This document shows, in pieces, positions 9,080 to 18,695 of a DNA stretch of 53,550 bases; the stretch's first letter is position 1; each line of letters starts with the position of its first letter. The notes beneath the pieces are model-generated. The model saw nothing but the letters and a program-made list of their open reading frames with translations. It was not told where the DNA came from and did no database searches. The position numbers and the translations under genes are program-made. Source of the DNA: Candidatus Omnitrophota bacterium (GTDB lineage: Bacteria; Omnitrophota; Gorgyraeia; JABMRN01; RBG-13-46-9); contig JABMQJ010000009.1 in NCBI GenBank assembly GCA_013203315.1, positions 1-53,550 of the forward strand. The letters are read 5' to 3'.

Positions 9080-10243
9080 ATGTCTCTGTATAGAATTTTA
9101 GTTTTCACTCTTTTTTTATCACTGCTTACGGGATGCTCAACTGTTCAGAAAGACGCCGCGTATTATGCCCAGCACCTGTATAGGCGCATACCTTACGAAA
9201 CAGAGGGCGAATACAGGGTAATTAATATCTTTTACGCGACAGCCCGCGTAGTTAAAGGCAAGAGCGACGACTCTTTAAAATTCCTGCCTAAAATAGCCGA
9301 TAAAATTACATATGGCGATCTGAATATCAAAATAGACCCGGCTTTAAAAATAGGTAAGATGTTTCCCAAGCGCCTGAAGCGGAAAGGCCTGATAGGTGTG
9401 CAGAAAATCGGAAGGCTTGACGAAGAAACTTTCATGAAACGCCTTGACGAGGCAGTGAAGAAGTCCCCTCACAATTCCCTGCTTGTAATGGTGATGGGTT
9501 ATAAAGATAATTTTGAGCTTACCGCGACAAAAGCCGCTTCTTTCGCGTATCTTTTGGATGCCGATACCCCAATTTTATTGTTTGACTGGCCCGGAGACCA
9601 GTCTGTTACCCCATGGGGTTATAAGAAAGCGCGCGCCCTCGCGAAAAAATCCGGACCTTATATGGGGCATGTTTTAACCAGAGTTATACATGAAATCGAA
9701 CCGGAGAAACTCTGGATTGAATCTTCCAGCCTGGGATGCCAGGTTGCCTGTAGCGCTTTCGAATACATGTATAAAAATGAGAATCTCTCGGATCCAGAAA
9801 CCGAAATAGCGCATGTCGTGATGGCGGCGCCGGACGTGAGTGAAGACGAGTTCGACGAGCATTTCAAGGACGAGATAATAGCCCTATCCGAGAGCCTTGC
9901 GGTTTACGTCTCTTCTGACGACAATGCGCTGCTTCTATCGGAAATCATAGATTCTGAGAAAAAACTGGGACGCCAAAAATTAAAAATTAAAAAACACTCA
10001 CAATTCGAAGAGGCAAAAGATATACTGTATTTAAAATCCTTTCATCCGGATAAAATCGCCATAGTGGACGTGACACCTATTAATCACGCGAGTTTCAAGC
10101 ACGGGTATTACCTGGAGTCCCCCGACTATTTTGACGATGTGTACCTTCGCATATCCGGCGGAGCAGCGCATACGAACAGGCGCCGATACCTGGTGGACAT
10201 CGAGGGTAAAAAGGATTACTGGGTTTTGCGGGGCCGGAAATAA
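9080..10243 (+). CDS. DUF900-like alpha/beta-hydrolase lipoprotein
   Basis: Lipobox LTGC, IFYATAR, LFDWPG, SSLG elbow, MAAPDV, YVSSDDNAL and HGYY. Confidence 0.75.
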   Translation: MSLYRILVFTLFLSLLTGCSTVQKDAAYYAQHLYRRIPYETEGEYRVINIFYATARVVKGKSDDSLKFLPKIADKITYGDLNIKIDPALKIGKMFPKRLKRKGLIGVQKIGRLDEETFMKRLDEAVKKSPHNSLLVMVMGYKDNFELTATKAASFAYLLDADTPILLFDWPGDQSVTPWGYKKARALAKKSGPYMGHVLTRVIHEIEPEKLWIESSSLGCQVACSAFEYMYKNENLSDPETEIAHVVMAAPDVSEDEFDEHFKDEIIALSESLAVYVSSDDNALLLSEIIDSEKKLGRQKLKIKKHSQFEEAKDILYLKSFHPDKIAIVDVTPINHASFKHGYYLESPDYFDDVYLRISGGAAHTNRRRYLVDIEGKKDYWVLRGRK

Positions 10244-10262
10244 ACGATAAGAACACCGTTGC

Positions 10263-10311
10263 ACAAGCCTCAAGATAACCCTTGAGACTTGTTTGCTATA
10301 TATGATATAAT
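10263..10311 (+). promoter_or_regulatory. sigma70-type promoter of pckG with palindrome over the -35
   Basis: ACAAGCCTCAAG-N6-CTTGAGACTTGT (11/12 symmetric). TTGAGA(10282)-N18-TATAAT(10306) with TG extension. Confidence 0.6.
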
Positions 10312-10368
10312 ATCCGCCAATCTGCCAATCTAAAGGCTAATCTATAAGAGATAAAGGAGGATCGAATA

Positions 10369-12207
10369 GTGACGGAGAAACAGGCACATTTATTCAAAGA
10401 AAAATGCAGTGAAAAAAACTATAAGAAGCTTATTTCTTTAAACAACTCTAAGCTTCACAGCTTTGTTGCCAAATATATAGAGCTTTGTAACCCGGATTCT
10501 TTCTATGTATGTGACGATTCGGATGAAGATAGACAATACATAAGAAATAAAACCGTGGAGAACAACGAAGAACGAAAAATTGCCATAGAAGGGCATACGG
10601 CGCATTTCGACGGGTATAACGACCAGGCCAGAGATAAGGCAAATACGAAATATTTACTTCCGCCAGATACAAATTTAGGGGCCTCACTTAATTCTACTGA
10701 CAGGGACTCCGGTTTGACGGAAGTGCATGATTACTTAAAGAACATAATGGCCGGAAAAGAGGCGTATGTATTGTTTTTCTCCCTTGGACCCACGAATTCT
10801 GAATTCTCCATTCCCTGTGTCCAGATAACGGATTCAAGTTATGTCGCGCATTCAGAATATATTCTTTACCGAACCGGATACGAGCAATTCAAGAAAATAG
10901 GCACCTCAGGGGAGTTTTTCCGGTACATGCACAGCGCAGGAGAGCTTGCAAACGGCGTAAGTAAAAATGTGGACAAAAGAAGAATTTATATCGACCTTGA
11001 AGATGATATCGTTTACAGTGTAAACACACAATATGCCGGCAACACCGTAGGCCTTAAAAAGCTTTCCCTGAGGCTGGCAATCAGCAAGGCTTCCGAGGAA
11101 GGGTGGCTTGCCGAACACATGCTGCTCATGGGTGTTCACGGACCCGGCGGAAGGAAAACATATTTTACCGGCGCTTTTCCGAGCGCGTGCGGAAAAACTT
11201 CCACTGCAATGTTGCCAGGGGAGAACATTGTAGGTGACGACATAGCTTATTTAAGAAGAAAGAGCGGAAAAATCTATAGCGCAAATGTTGAGTGTGGCAT
11301 ATTCGGCATTATCCGCGACGTTAACCCGAAAGATGACGCTGTGATATGGGAAACCCTCAATGCAAAAGGAGAGGTAATATTTTCCAATATCCTTATAGAT
11401 GAAAATAACAATCCCCGCTGGCTTGGAGACGGAAGGGGAATACCCGAAAAAGGCATTAACTATTCAGGTAATTGGAATAAAGAAAAAAAAGATCCTAAAG
11501 GAAATGAAATTCCGCACGCTCATAAAAACGCGCGATATACGGTAAGTCTTTACGCGCTTGGAAATGTCGATTCCAAACTGGACGACCCTAAAGGCGCCGA
11601 GGTGAAGGGTGTTATATATGGAGGCAGGGATTCCAGCATATGGCCGCCGGTACAAGAGGCGTTTAACTGGGTTCACGGGGTAATAACCATGGGCGCGTCT
11701 CTGGAGTCAGAGACAACCGCCGCCACTCTGGGAAAAGAAGGGGTGCGCGTGTTTAACCCCATGTCCAACATTGACTTTGTCGCGATCCCACTCGGAAAAT
11801 ATATCGAAAATTATCTTAAATTCGCTAGTGGCCTTAAAAAACCGCCGTCTATTTTCGCGGTTAACTACTTCCAAAAAGACAGAAATGGCGGGTACCTTAC
11901 CGCGATGGAAGATAAACGTGTCTGGGTTAAATGGATGGAGTTACGCGTAAACGGCGACGTGGATGCAACTAAAACTCCGACAGGGTATATCCCAAAATAC
12001 GAAGACCTTAAAAAGTTATTTAAAGACGTCCTAAAAAAAGACTATTCACAGTCGCAATATGACGAACAGTTTGCGTCAAGGCCCAAAGAGAACCTTGATA
12101 AAATAGAAAGAATCAAGGAAATATATAAAACAAAAGTAAAAAACACTCCAAACGAATTATTTAGTGTCCTGGATGAGCAGAAAAAGAGATTGGAAGAAAC
12201 GAGCTAA
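10369..12207 (+). CDS. pckG: GTP-dependent phosphoenolpyruvate carboxykinase
   Basis: FPSACGKTS, GDDIAY, YAGN..GLKK, HKNARYT and YGGRD. SD AGGAGG before the GTG start. Confidence 0.95.
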   Translation: MTEKQAHLFKEKCSEKNYKKLISLNNSKLHSFVAKYIELCNPDSFYVCDDSDEDRQYIRNKTVENNEERKIAIEGHTAHFDGYNDQARDKANTKYLLPPDTNLGASLNSTDRDSGLTEVHDYLKNIMAGKEAYVLFFSLGPTNSEFSIPCVQITDSSYVAHSEYILYRTGYEQFKKIGTSGEFFRYMHSAGELANGVSKNVDKRRIYIDLEDDIVYSVNTQYAGNTVGLKKLSLRLAISKASEEGWLAEHMLLMGVHGPGGRKTYFTGAFPSACGKTSTAMLPGENIVGDDIAYLRRKSGKIYSANVECGIFGIIRDVNPKDDAVIWETLNAKGEVIFSNILIDENNNPRWLGDGRGIPEKGINYSGNWNKEKKDPKGNEIPHAHKNARYTVSLYALGNVDSKLDDPKGAEVKGVIYGGRDSSIWPPVQEAFNWVHGVITMGASLESETTAATLGKEGVRVFNPMSNIDFVAIPLGKYIENYLKFASGLKKPPSIFAVNYFQKDRNGGYLTAMEDKRVWVKWMELRVNGDVDATKTPTGYIPKYEDLKKLFKDVLKKDYSQSQYDEQFASRPKENLDKIERIKEIYKTKVKNTPNELFSVLDEQKKRLEETS

Positions 12208-12234
12208 TAAGTCCCGCCGCAAGACCCTCTATTT

Positions 12235-13587
12235 CTAAAAAATTATTTTAAATCTTGAACCTATAACGAGGGCATTCGGAACCTTTGCAGTGCCGCCGGG
12301 GTTCATTATAAACTGAATGTCCGGCTGAATGAACATCCACTTTGTAACCGCCATACTGTAAGTAAAATCAAACGACATTTCATATTTTTCAGGATAAACA
12401 AGCGAGCCTCTATCCTTCTCGACTTCTGTTGTCCGCCTTGCGTCCGGACTCCAGCTTACATAAGTAACGCCGATAGCCGCTGTATCATAATCCCTGCCCG
12501 GGAAGGGCCCGGTGTAAACAAATCCGCCCATGACAAGTAGGGGGAGTTTGTTTATATTCGGAGGAGCGAAGTTAGCCGCGATAAAAGGCGTGAGCCCCTG
12601 GTCGTTGCCTACATCCGAATCCGGTTCCCGATAAAGCATCTGCTCAAGGTGCAGGTAAACCCCGTAGTTTCCGATATGCTTTTTTTGCGAAAGTCCGGTG
12701 AATTCATAAGAGGCGCCGTTTATGTCTGAGTAAAGATCCCTGAAGGTTCCCGTATTCCAATATCCTCCCAGCATGATTCTTCCGGGCAGGCCTTCGGGGC
12801 ACTCTTCGCTTTTGATTCTCGGGGTGTAATTAAATTCCTGCATCAGGAGCGCGCCTTTGCTAAGCCTTAAACCGAAATCAAAACCATGGTAAGAGTCTTT
12901 TCCTATATCCGGGTCGCCGTTGTAAGCGCCTGTCATGGACGAAAATTCGTCTGTGATGTTAACTTTCACGCGCGCGCCCCAGGTAGCGGTCGGATAAACA
13001 GGAAAAGTAAAGTTTATCGGAATATTAATAGGCATGCCGTCTATGGCATTTGTCACAAATGCCCAGTAAAGCGGAGATTTTATAAACTCATCCTGCGCGC
13101 CCATTCTGCCTACGAGGAAGCTTAGCTTTTCTTCGCAAAGCAACTGTTCCAGAGTGAGCGCGTAAAACCTGAACTGCTCGTGCCCGAAAATACTGGAGAC
13201 AACAAGCGTGTTTCCTATAACTTCCGAAGATAGATTATACCCCGAGCGGTATAGCCCGGAAACATGAAAGCGGCTACCCTTGATGCCGTAGGCTTTTTCA
13301 AAGTCTACGTTTACGTCTAGCCCTACGGAGTGGTCATAGCGCACTCCTTGAGATTTTCCGCCTACAGGATTTCCGAGTATATCGCAGACGTAACTTGACG
13401 TGAAGTCCACCCCCTTATTTGAAAGCCTAGTCCTCATGCCGTTCCAATCTCCCGTCATGTAACGGTCCTCATGTGAAAGGCGGGAGGTTTGCTCGAAGTA
13501 TTTTCCTGAATTAATAGCGTGGGCCGAAAAACTTAAAAGGAGAAAGGGAATTAGTAAAAGTATAATTTTTTTATGCATATTTAACAC
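12235..13587 (-). CDS. OprB-family carbohydrate porin
   Basis: MTGDWNGMRTRL..GVDF, YPTATWGAR, IQPDIQFIMNPGG, terminal Phe. ATG at 13578 may be the true start. Confidence 0.88.
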   Translation of the reverse strand: MLNMHKKIILLLIPFLLLSFSAHAINSGKYFEQTSRLSHEDRYMTGDWNGMRTRLSNKGVDFTSSYVCDILGNPVGGKSQGVRYDHSVGLDVNVDFEKAYGIKGSRFHVSGLYRSGYNLSSEVIGNTLVVSSIFGHEQFRFYALTLEQLLCEEKLSFLVGRMGAQDEFIKSPLYWAFVTNAIDGMPINIPINFTFPVYPTATWGARVKVNITDEFSSMTGAYNGDPDIGKDSYHGFDFGLRLSKGALLMQEFNYTPRIKSEECPEGLPGRIMLGGYWNTGTFRDLYSDINGASYEFTGLSQKKHIGNYGVYLHLEQMLYREPDSDVGNDQGLTPFIAANFAPPNINKLPLLVMGGFVYTGPFPGRDYDTAAIGVTYVSWSPDARRTTEVEKDRGSLVYPEKYEMSFDFTYSMAVTKWMFIQPDIQFIMNPGGTAKVPNALVIGSRFKIIF

Positions 13588-14966
13588 CCCAGCGTCCTTA
13601 AGTTCTTTCCGTCTTTTAGGTGTTTTTCAATGTTTTCAAGTGTCTGGCCCTTTGTCTCGGGCACGAAGAGGAAGCAGAATATTATGCCTCCTATGGATAC
13701 AACCGCGTAAAACCAGAACGCCCCGGCTTTACCGAGCTTATTTATGAGTGTAAGAAAGGTCGAGGCAACAAGAAGATTAAAGCCCCAGTTTCCCATTGTC
13801 GCAATGCTCATCGCCCGCCCGCGTATTTTTAAAGGATAAATCTCGGATATTATTAACCAGAAAATAGGCCCCAGGCTTATGGCAAAAGAGGCAATGTAAA
13901 ACATGACGCTTAAAACAGCGATTACTTTTAAAGCCTCGGAGAGTTGAGGCAGGCTAAACGCGAATCCCAGGAATCCCAGGCTTATAATCATTCCCGTAAG
14001 CCCCACGTAGAGAAGGGGCTTCCTGCCGATCCTGTCAATAAGCCATATTGCCACAAGCGTCATGACCACGTTAACGACACCCACGCCTGCCGTAGCTAAG
14101 ATGGAAACCTTGTGAGATTCAAATCCGGCAAATTCAAAAATCGTAGGCGCGTAATAGATAATCGTATTAATACCGGTTACCTGTTGGAAAAACGCGAGCC
14201 CTATTCCTACAAAAAGCGCCGGCCGTATCCATGGAGAGAATAATTCTTTCCATGAGGCTTCTTTTGCAGAAAGCGATTTTTGAATCTTTATTAATTCTTT
14301 TGTCGCGTTCTCTGTCTGGCCCATCCGACTTAAAACTTCCCTTGCCTCCTTCATTCTTTCCTGACTTACCAGCCACCTGGGACTTTCATAAAGAGCCATC
14401 ATGCCTATCAAGAGAATAACTGCAGGCAATGCCCCGATAGCGAACATCCATCGCCAGCTGTTTGATCCGGCAAGTATGTAATCCACAAGGTAAGAAACGA
14501 CAATACCGCAGGTTATCATTAACTGGTTAAGCGATACAAGCGCGCCGCGCGCGTTGGGAGGCGATATTTCGGATATGTAAAGCGGAGCCGTGTAGGAGGC
14601 AACTCCTATGGCCATGCCGATTAGTATACGGAATACGATAATCATTGAAACAGTATTCGACATTGCTGCGCCTATTGCGCCTCCGGCGAAAAGCATGGCT
14701 GTTGCGATTATAACGCGTCGTCTTCCGAAGCGATCTGCCAGAGAGCCGCTTACGGCCGCTCCTATGACAGCGCCGACCAAAACAGCGCTTACAACACCTT
14801 CTTCAATATTGGCCGTAAAATGGAACTGGTCTTTCAAAAAAAGTATCGCGCCCGATATGACCCCGGTGTCATATCCGAAAAGAAGGCCCGCCAGGGCCGC
14901 AACGAAAGCGGTAATATAAATGAAGATATTAATCTGACTTGAACCCGCAGAATTTTTTTCTTCCAT
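13581..14966 (-). CDS. MFS sugar porter (GalP/XylE-like sugar:H+ symporter)
   Basis: FGYDTGVISGA, DRFGRR, ESPRWL, QQVTGINTIIYY, DRIGRK and PETKG. Confidence 0.95.
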   Translation of the reverse strand: MEEKNSAGSSQINIFIYITAFVAALAGLLFGYDTGVISGAILFLKDQFHFTANIEEGVVSAVLVGAVIGAAVSGSLADRFGRRRVIIATAMLFAGGAIGAAMSNTVSMIIVFRILIGMAIGVASYTAPLYISEISPPNARGALVSLNQLMITCGIVVSYLVDYILAGSNSWRWMFAIGALPAVILLIGMMALYESPRWLVSQERMKEAREVLSRMGQTENATKELIKIQKSLSAKEASWKELFSPWIRPALFVGIGLAFFQQVTGINTIIYYAPTIFEFAGFESHKVSILATAGVGVVNVVMTLVAIWLIDRIGRKPLLYVGLTGMIISLGFLGFAFSLPQLSEALKVIAVLSVMFYIASFAISLGPIFWLIISEIYPLKIRGRAMSIATMGNWGFNLLVASTFLTLINKLGKAGAFWFYAVVSIGGIIFCFLFVPETKGQTLENIEKHLKDGKNLRTLGC

Positions 14967-15059
14967 CAGAATACCCTCCTTTTTATTTTTTTAAAGCACT
15001 TTCCTTTATAATAGTATACCTGAATTCCGGAAAAATATCTAAAAATCCGGAAAATTTCT

Positions 15060-15088
15060 GAAACTTTTTCATCAATCCTTCTGTCTAA
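15060..15088 (+). promoter_or_regulatory. ECF (sigmaE-type) promoter 1
   Basis: GAAACTT-N16-GTCTAA upstream of 15147. Confidence 0.75.
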
Positions 15089-15146
15089 TATTATGAACGG
15101 GAAAAATGTTTTATGTTGTAAGACAAACCGGAAAGGAGGTAGAAAG

Positions 15147-15557
15147 ATGTTAAGAAAAAAAGTTTTTGGTAAAAGGATTTTCATAATCGCGCTTTTAAGT
15201 GTTATTTTACTTGCGCAGCCGGGTGAGGCATTTGCCCGGAATTCCAATCGTCGGCAGTCGCCTTATCGAAATTCCTCTTATAAGGCAAGGCACCGCGGTC
15301 ATAACCAGAAGGGCGCTTTTGTCATTCCCCGCGAGTACATAAGCATAGTAATCGGCGGGTTGAAGCTGTGTTATAGAGAGGGCAGGTTACGCAGGAGAAA
15401 TGTTGAAAGAACGATTGTGGTCAATGTTCCGAATTGTAACGGGAGCTATACACCTATCGCGCTACGGAAATACGGCACGGGTTATATAGGCCCGCAAGGG
15501 GAGTATTATCACGGTAACCCGACAGTTGCGCAACTTAGGGCGCTTTACGGCAGATAA
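15147..15557 (+). CDS. Hypothetical exported basic protein
   Basis: SD AGGAGGT, signal peptide AFA, Arg/Tyr-rich, C-terminal NGSYTP..YIGPQGEYY..PT..QL..LYG. Confidence 0.7.
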   Translation: MLRKKVFGKRIFIIALLSVILLAQPGEAFARNSNRRQSPYRNSSYKARHRGHNQKGAFVIPREYISIVIGGLKLCYREGRLRRRNVERTIVVNVPNCNGSYTPIALRKYGTGYIGPQGEYYHGNPTVAQLRALYGR

Positions 15558-15593
15558 GATAACCGTTTTGTTAACTTACCGTAAATAAATGGG

Positions 15594-15623
15594 TTGCAAG
15601 TGGTTTTTGTTTGGGTGTATAAT
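15594..15623 (+). promoter_or_regulatory. sigma70-type promoter upstream of the ECF sigma gene
   Basis: TTGCAA-N18-TATAAT. Confidence 0.5.
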
Positions 15624-15632
15624 CCTATGTCG

Positions 15633-15661
15633 GGAACTTTCTTCTCTGTTTCGCTGTCTAA
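15633..15661 (+). promoter_or_regulatory. ECF promoter 2 (autoregulatory)
   Basis: GGAACTT-N16-GTCTAA ending 19 nt before ATG 15681. Confidence 0.8.
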
Positions 15662-15680
15662 GAATAGTAGAGGGCTTAAA

Positions 15681-16226
15681 ATGGGCGATATATCCAAAGA
15701 TGTTATAGACAGGGCAGTCAAAGGCGATATAAGAGCCTTTGAAGAAATATATCGAAAAACTTCCGCATTCGTGTATAACGTGGCTTTAAGAATAACCAAT
15801 AATTGCGCGGATGCGGATGAGGTAATGCAGGATGTATTTATGAAGGTATATAGGAAATTAGGAGAATTCAATTTTCTCTCGTCTTTTAAGACGTGGGTTT
15901 ACAGGATTGCCGTGAATACCGCCATTAATTATAAAAAAACGATAGAAAAGCACGTAACGCAAAGAAGCGATTACGATTCGACCCTTAGAGGGGTTTCTAC
16001 GAAAGAGGAAGCCAGGGGCAATATTGATAAACAGGATAAGAAAAAACAGCTTTCGGTTTTACTGGATATGTTGAATCCCAACCAGCGCGCGTGCATAGTG
16101 CTGCGGGAAATACAGGGATTGAATTATAAAGAGATGGCGGATATTTTAAGGATTAATATCAATACGGTGCGCACGAGGCTAAAAAGAGCAAGGCAAAGGC
16201 TAGTGGCTTTTGCGGGAAAGAGGTGA
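15681..16226 (+). CDS. ECF RNA polymerase sigma factor
   Basis: Region 2 DADEVMQDVF..FKTWVYRIAVN and region 4 GLNYKEMADIL..NTVRTRLKRAR. Confidence 0.93.
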   Translation: MGDISKDVIDRAVKGDIRAFEEIYRKTSAFVYNVALRITNNCADADEVMQDVFMKVYRKLGEFNFLSSFKTWVYRIAVNTAINYKKTIEKHVTQRSDYDSTLRGVSTKEEARGNIDKQDKKKQLSVLLDMLNPNQRACIVLREIQGLNYKEMADILRININTVRTRLKRARQRLVAFAGKR

Positions 16227-16231
16227 CAGTG

Positions 16232-16717
16232 ATGAATTGCAGAAAAATACAAGAGTTACTCATGACCGATTATATTGACGGCGAAGCGGATGCAAAAACG
16301 CGCTCAAATATCCTGCGGCACCTGTCCGCATGCGATAAATGCAGGAAGCTCGAAGAGAGCCTGAAACAAAAAGCCGTGGGCCCGTTTCTTGAGACAGAAA
16401 AACGCTATCCGCCGGATTACATATGGAAAAATATACAAAATCAGATAGCAGAAGAAGCAAGCGCACCTGAAAAAATAAAGGCTGGTATCGGAGGCAGGCT
16501 TTCGGATATTTTTAAAACGTTGAAACCTGCTTTTGTCGTGCCCGCGGCAGCCGTAGCGGTACTTGCGATAATTCTTATTGTCGGCGCTTCCTTAATAAAT
16601 GAAGGAAGGCTGGATACATATATGACAGAGCAGGCTGAGTTTATAATAGATCTCGATGCCAACGGAATAGATACAGGCGGCTTGGGTACAAGTATAGAGG
16701 AATATTTCCTGTCTTAG
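16232..16717 (+). CDS. Zinc-binding (ZAS) transmembrane anti-sigma factor
   Basis: MNC..YIDGE..HLSACDKC (HxxxCxxC), single TM helix, directly after the sigma gene. Confidence 0.88.
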   Translation: MNCRKIQELLMTDYIDGEADAKTRSNILRHLSACDKCRKLEESLKQKAVGPFLETEKRYPPDYIWKNIQNQIAEEASAPEKIKAGIGGRLSDIFKTLKPAFVVPAAAVAVLAIILIVGASLINEGRLDTYMTEQAEFIIDLDANGIDTGGLGTSIEEYFLS

Positions 16718-16746
16718 GGAACTTTTTCTCGAACTTTGGTGTCTAA
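16718..16746 (+). promoter_or_regulatory. ECF promoter 3
   Basis: GGAACTT-N16-GTCTAA immediately after the anti-sigma stop codon. Confidence 0.8.
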
Positions 16747-16769
16747 ATTTGTGAAGGGAGGCGAATAAT

Positions 16770-17255
16770 ATGAATATGAAACTTAGAAAAATAGCGCTTT
16801 TTGGCATAGCGGTAACGTTCTTCTTGAGCTCAGCTATATGCGCCCAGGCCTACCACGGCGAAAAAGAGGGTGCAGGGGAGTGCAACGTTCAGGAGAAACA
16901 TAGCAAGCTTACCGAGGAGCTCGGGCTTACGCCGGAACAGGAAACCAGGCTCAAAGAAGACCGCCGGGCATTCATGGAGAAGAACAAAGAATTAGGAAAG
17001 AAGATGCGCTCGAAAAGGAAAGAGTTAAAAGGGGAGCTCGAAAAACCGGCTATAGATACAACCAGGGTCGGCAAAATAATAAATGATATCAAAGAACTTA
17101 CCGGAGAGAAATTACAGAATAGGGTCAATAAGATAGTTTCCATGAAAAGCACGCTGACTCCGGAGCAATGCGAGAAACTGCAAAGCAAGATGAAGAAAAA
17201 GTACCGCTCCCATAAGCGTAGCAACAAAAACGGACATAAATCCAGGCATTGGTAA
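16770..17255 (+). CDS. Periplasmic Spy/CpxP/ZraP-like protein
   Basis: Signal peptide AQA, two LTPEQ motifs, helical and charged. Confidence 0.85.
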   Translation: MNMKLRKIALFGIAVTFFLSSAICAQAYHGEKEGAGECNVQEKHSKLTEELGLTPEQETRLKEDRRAFMEKNKELGKKMRSKRKELKGELEKPAIDTTRVGKIINDIKELTGEKLQNRVNKIVSMKSTLTPEQCEKLQSKMKKKYRSHKRSNKNGHKSRHW

Positions 17256-17275
17256 GAGCGTTTAATTTTTTCCGA

Positions 17276-17318
17276 AAAATAAATAAGCCTCAAGTTTTAC
17301 TTGAGGCTTATTTATTTT
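17276..17318. repeat. Perfect 20-bp inverted repeat (terminator and/or operator)
   Basis: AAAATAAATAAGCCTCAAGT-TTT-ACTTGAGGCTTATTTATTTT. Confidence 0.85.
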
Positions 17319-17329
17319 CGAGGTATAAT
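17301..17329 (+). promoter_or_regulatory. sigma70-type promoter of the efflux operon
   Basis: TTGAGG-N17-TATAAT, 7 nt before ATG 17337. Confidence 0.65.
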
Positions 17330-17336
17330 TAATGCA

Positions 17337-18695
17337 ATGAAAAGTAATAAATCGCACAATGGCGTGTCAATACTACTTTTTCTTTCAATACTTTTTTTTC
17401 ATTCTTTTGCACCCGCCGCCGAAACCACTAATAGAAGCGCAATAGGCCTTTCCATAAATGATGCTATTAACATAGCTCTGGTAAGTAATAAATCCGTCCA
17501 GATGCAGAAAACAGAGATAAAAAGCGCGGCCGCGGAAAAAATGTACGCCTTTAGTAGTTTCCTGCCTAAAGCAAGCGTGAATTACGGATATACCTATAAT
17601 AATTCGGTTCTTTCCTCGACTGACATTCCGGGGAAGAGGAAGGATCCGCGTATTTTTGAAGGGTATAAAAACGATAATCAGTTCAGCGTTACGGCGGAGC
17701 AAGAGATATTTGCGGGTGGCGCTAATATAGCCGACTTTAAACAAGCTAATATTAATCTTAGGTCTCAGGAGGAAACCCTCCGGGCGACAATACTTGAAAT
17801 CGAGTTTGAGACACATCGACTTTTTTATGGGATTCTTTTGGCCTACGAGACCGAGCTCATAGCCTTGGACCTTGTTAAACAGGCAAGGTTGCATTACAAG
17901 GAAGTGGAAGCCAAACACATGCACGGGACTGCGTCAAGATTTGACGTTCTGCAGTCAAAGGTGCAGGTTGCCAGGCTCATGCCTCAGCTTATTGATGCGG
18001 AGAGCTCCAGAAGACTTATAATGGTGCAGTTTAAAAAGTTACTTGCCCTGAACATGGGTGACGAAGTGAAAATAGAAGGAGTGCTTAAATGCGCGCCGGT
18101 AAAAATAAGGGAAGAAGAATTTTTAATGGAGGCTTATGAAAACCGGCCCGAGATGAAACTAAAATCACTCGGTGTTGATATTGAAAAATGGGGCATAGAG
18201 TTTGCCAAGTCAACCGGTGTGCCGCAAGTAAGCGGGAGTTTTGCTTATTCGGCCAGATCCGATGATGTCGGTAACATGATTAACAAAAGGCATGATAACT
18301 GGAACGTCGGCTTTAAGGTATCGATTCCGTTATTTGACGGATTTGCTACTGCGGCAAAAATAAACGAAGCAAGGGCAAAATATGCACATGCGAGGCTCGA
18401 CAAAGACGACTACGTTGACCAGGTGGCAGTAGACGTAAAACAGGCCTGCCTGAATTTACAGAAGGCGCAGTCGGTTATAGATGCGCAAAAAGACAGTATC
18501 ATGGAAGCCACCGAAGCGTTGCGGCTTTCTGAGGTGCGCTACAATAACGGCGTTGGTATAAATCTTGATGTCTTTGATTCTCAGGTGGCGCTCGCCCAGG
18601 TTAAGCAAAATCTGGCCGGGGCCTACTACGATTATATAATGGCAAAAGCCGACCTCGGTAGAGTAATGGGGAGAGAATTTTTCAAGGAGGAATAA
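17337..18695 (+). CDS. TolC-family outer membrane efflux protein
   Basis: Signal peptide, GTASRFDVL, IPLFDG, RYNNGVGINLDV duplicated OEP repeats. Confidence 0.9.
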   Translation: MKSNKSHNGVSILLFLSILFFHSFAPAAETTNRSAIGLSINDAINIALVSNKSVQMQKTEIKSAAAEKMYAFSSFLPKASVNYGYTYNNSVLSSTDIPGKRKDPRIFEGYKNDNQFSVTAEQEIFAGGANIADFKQANINLRSQEETLRATILEIEFETHRLFYGILLAYETELIALDLVKQARLHYKEVEAKHMHGTASRFDVLQSKVQVARLMPQLIDAESSRRLIMVQFKKLLALNMGDEVKIEGVLKCAPVKIREEEFLMEAYENRPEMKLKSLGVDIEKWGIEFAKSTGVPQVSGSFAYSARSDDVGNMINKRHDNWNVGFKVSIPLFDGFATAAKINEARAKYAHARLDKDDYVDQVAVDVKQACLNLQKAQSVIDAQKDSIMEATEALRLSEVRYNNGVGINLDVFDSQVALAQVKQNLAGAYYDYIMAKADLGRVMGREFFKEE

